A stretch of 63,588 nucleotides of DNA, filler included, from Octopus bimaculoides (Eukaryota): the NCBI RefSeq assembly GCF_001194135.2. It is 6 parts of 4 records of this genome, joined end to end, with 100 filler letters (N's around TTAATTAATTAA, not from the genome) between each part and the next. Parts side by side here need not be neighbours in the genome. Positions count along the whole stretch, not along the records: positions 61,847 to 63,588 come from NC_068987.1; 5 more parts are not named here. One strand, written 5' to 3'. Of the stretch, positions 62,252-63,588 are shown piece by piece. The translations under genes and the position numbers were made by a program. The notes below the pieces were generated by a model, which searched no databases, was not told where the DNA came from, and worked only from the letters and a program-made list of their open reading frames with translations. The first letter of the stretch is position 1, and the number at the start of each line of letters is the position of its first letter.

Positions 62252-62979
62252 AAGTAGGGAGTTGCTGACTGAGATGTATCCAGGTGTTAGTGACTTGTCT
62301 GGTATCCTTTGAAATATTGTTTGAAGGTTATGGGATCTTTCTATATGATATTTTCGAAACAAGCACACACACACACACACACAGAGTTCTTTAAGAAATT
62401 GAATACTTTCTTCCGATGAATTCCATATGGCGCTTTAACTTTGTAAAATACATTCAGTATAAAGTCAGACAGACCATTTACAAAATACTGTCAACTATGT
62501 TAAGCTATTGTTTACAGTTTGACTTTATAATGACCAATATTTAAAAATATAATTCTTCCTGCTTTTTTTCCTTTCTACCTCCACCCACTAACCTTCGCTT
62601 TCATCAACTCTTCTACTGACTTATCTGTTTAGTTATTTTGGGTTATTTTTTTAATTTATTACGTTGAGTACAATCAAAATTTCTTCTATGGAAATTTTAT
62701 AAGTTGTAAAAACCAACCAATCACTCACCACATTCTTTTCATGAAGCGGTCTTCTCCAACCACTGGCGGCTCGTAGATAAAATTAGTGGGGATGCTGCTT
62801 CAGAAAATTTTTAGCCAAAATAGTCAATGCATGTGCAGCCATTTGTATATGTGCATCTGAGCACACATATATGTACTCATGTACATATATGTGTGCTCAG
62901 ATATGTTTTTGTATTCATGTATATCTGCATAGGCATGTGTATTGGAGTTTTTATGACTATTTATATGGTTTTATATACT

Positions 62980-63588
62980 TTTTGTAGGTTTTTTTTATGT
63001 GCCTTATATTTTTATATCTTTATTTTTAATTTTTATTCTTATTTTATATTTGTATTAAAATTTGGCAAAATTCATGTATTGAATTTTGTAAATCTCTGAA
63101 GAGGCCTAGCGAAACATGCATGTACCCCATTACATCATTTTCATCTACTAATTACTCCAGCGTACGGGAGCTATAAAGATAGAATGGGGCATGCCAATGC
63201 TAGGCCGAAACAGCTGTAAGGTTTTGTCCCTTCTCCAACTGCGAAATGTCCTTTAAATTTGAAATCTTATTTGTTGATATGACATGGTATGTCATAAGTG
63301 TCTGTATATTGTGTTTTTTGTCAATTTAGTTTAAAATAAACAGATTAATCAACGGAATACAATGTCTGCAAGTTGATGAGTACCTCATATTCCCCTCCAT
63401 TTTCTTATTGCTATATAAATTTAGGGTATAAAAAAAACCCTTTTACCCGCACCCACTTATTGCACTTAGTATAACACTAGTGTAACAATAATTGGGTACC
63501 CTCCCAGCAGTATATTGGATAGATATTATCCCTTAGTGGGCTGGATCCTCAACCCCTAACTCTTTTGGATTATATATACATATATATA
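62980..63588 (+). mobile_element. Penelope-like terminal region(s) with hammerhead-like motifs
   Basis: T-rich run, then CTGAAGAGGCCTAGCGAAACATGCATGTA (63096-63124) and GCCGAAACAGCTGTA (63204-63218). Confidence 0.5.

Overview
AT-rich, microsatellite- and transposon-dense eukaryotic genomic DNA with about 20 assembly gaps. The S-crystallin sequence and the SINE/LINE families point to an octopus (inference). Two protein-coding genes are supported, both on the + strand. (1) A lens S-crystallin (sigma-class GST-derived): five exons splice in frame (20232-20364, 24243-24338, 27745-27860, 29108-29137, 32587-32694; 483 nt = 161 aa), with a TATA/Inr promoter. Its last exon is not visible and probably lies in the placeholder gap at 33531-33630. 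(2) The first coding exon of a divergent sugar-porter/H+-myo-inositol transporter (SLC2A13-like) gene at 34440-34863; no further exons were recognised. The rest is decayed mobile DNA: CR1-like, R4/Dong, RTE and Penelope retroelements, mariner/Tc1, pogo and piggyBac relics, several MITEs and at least four tRNA-SINE families. I found no unambiguous new multi-gene system. The most interesting signals are a substituted conserved Arg (R70M) and a symmetric 30-nt loop micro-exon in the crystallin, a CpG-depleted (probably methylated) domain at about 35.6-54.1 kb supported by paired MITE copies, several Penelope-type hammerhead-ribozyme relics (one ending exactly at its cleavage triplet), R4/Dong insertions into (TACA)n, a shared LINE-SINE 3' tail, and a young 620-bp TIR element with an 8-bp TSD. 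All calls were made by eye, without database searches.
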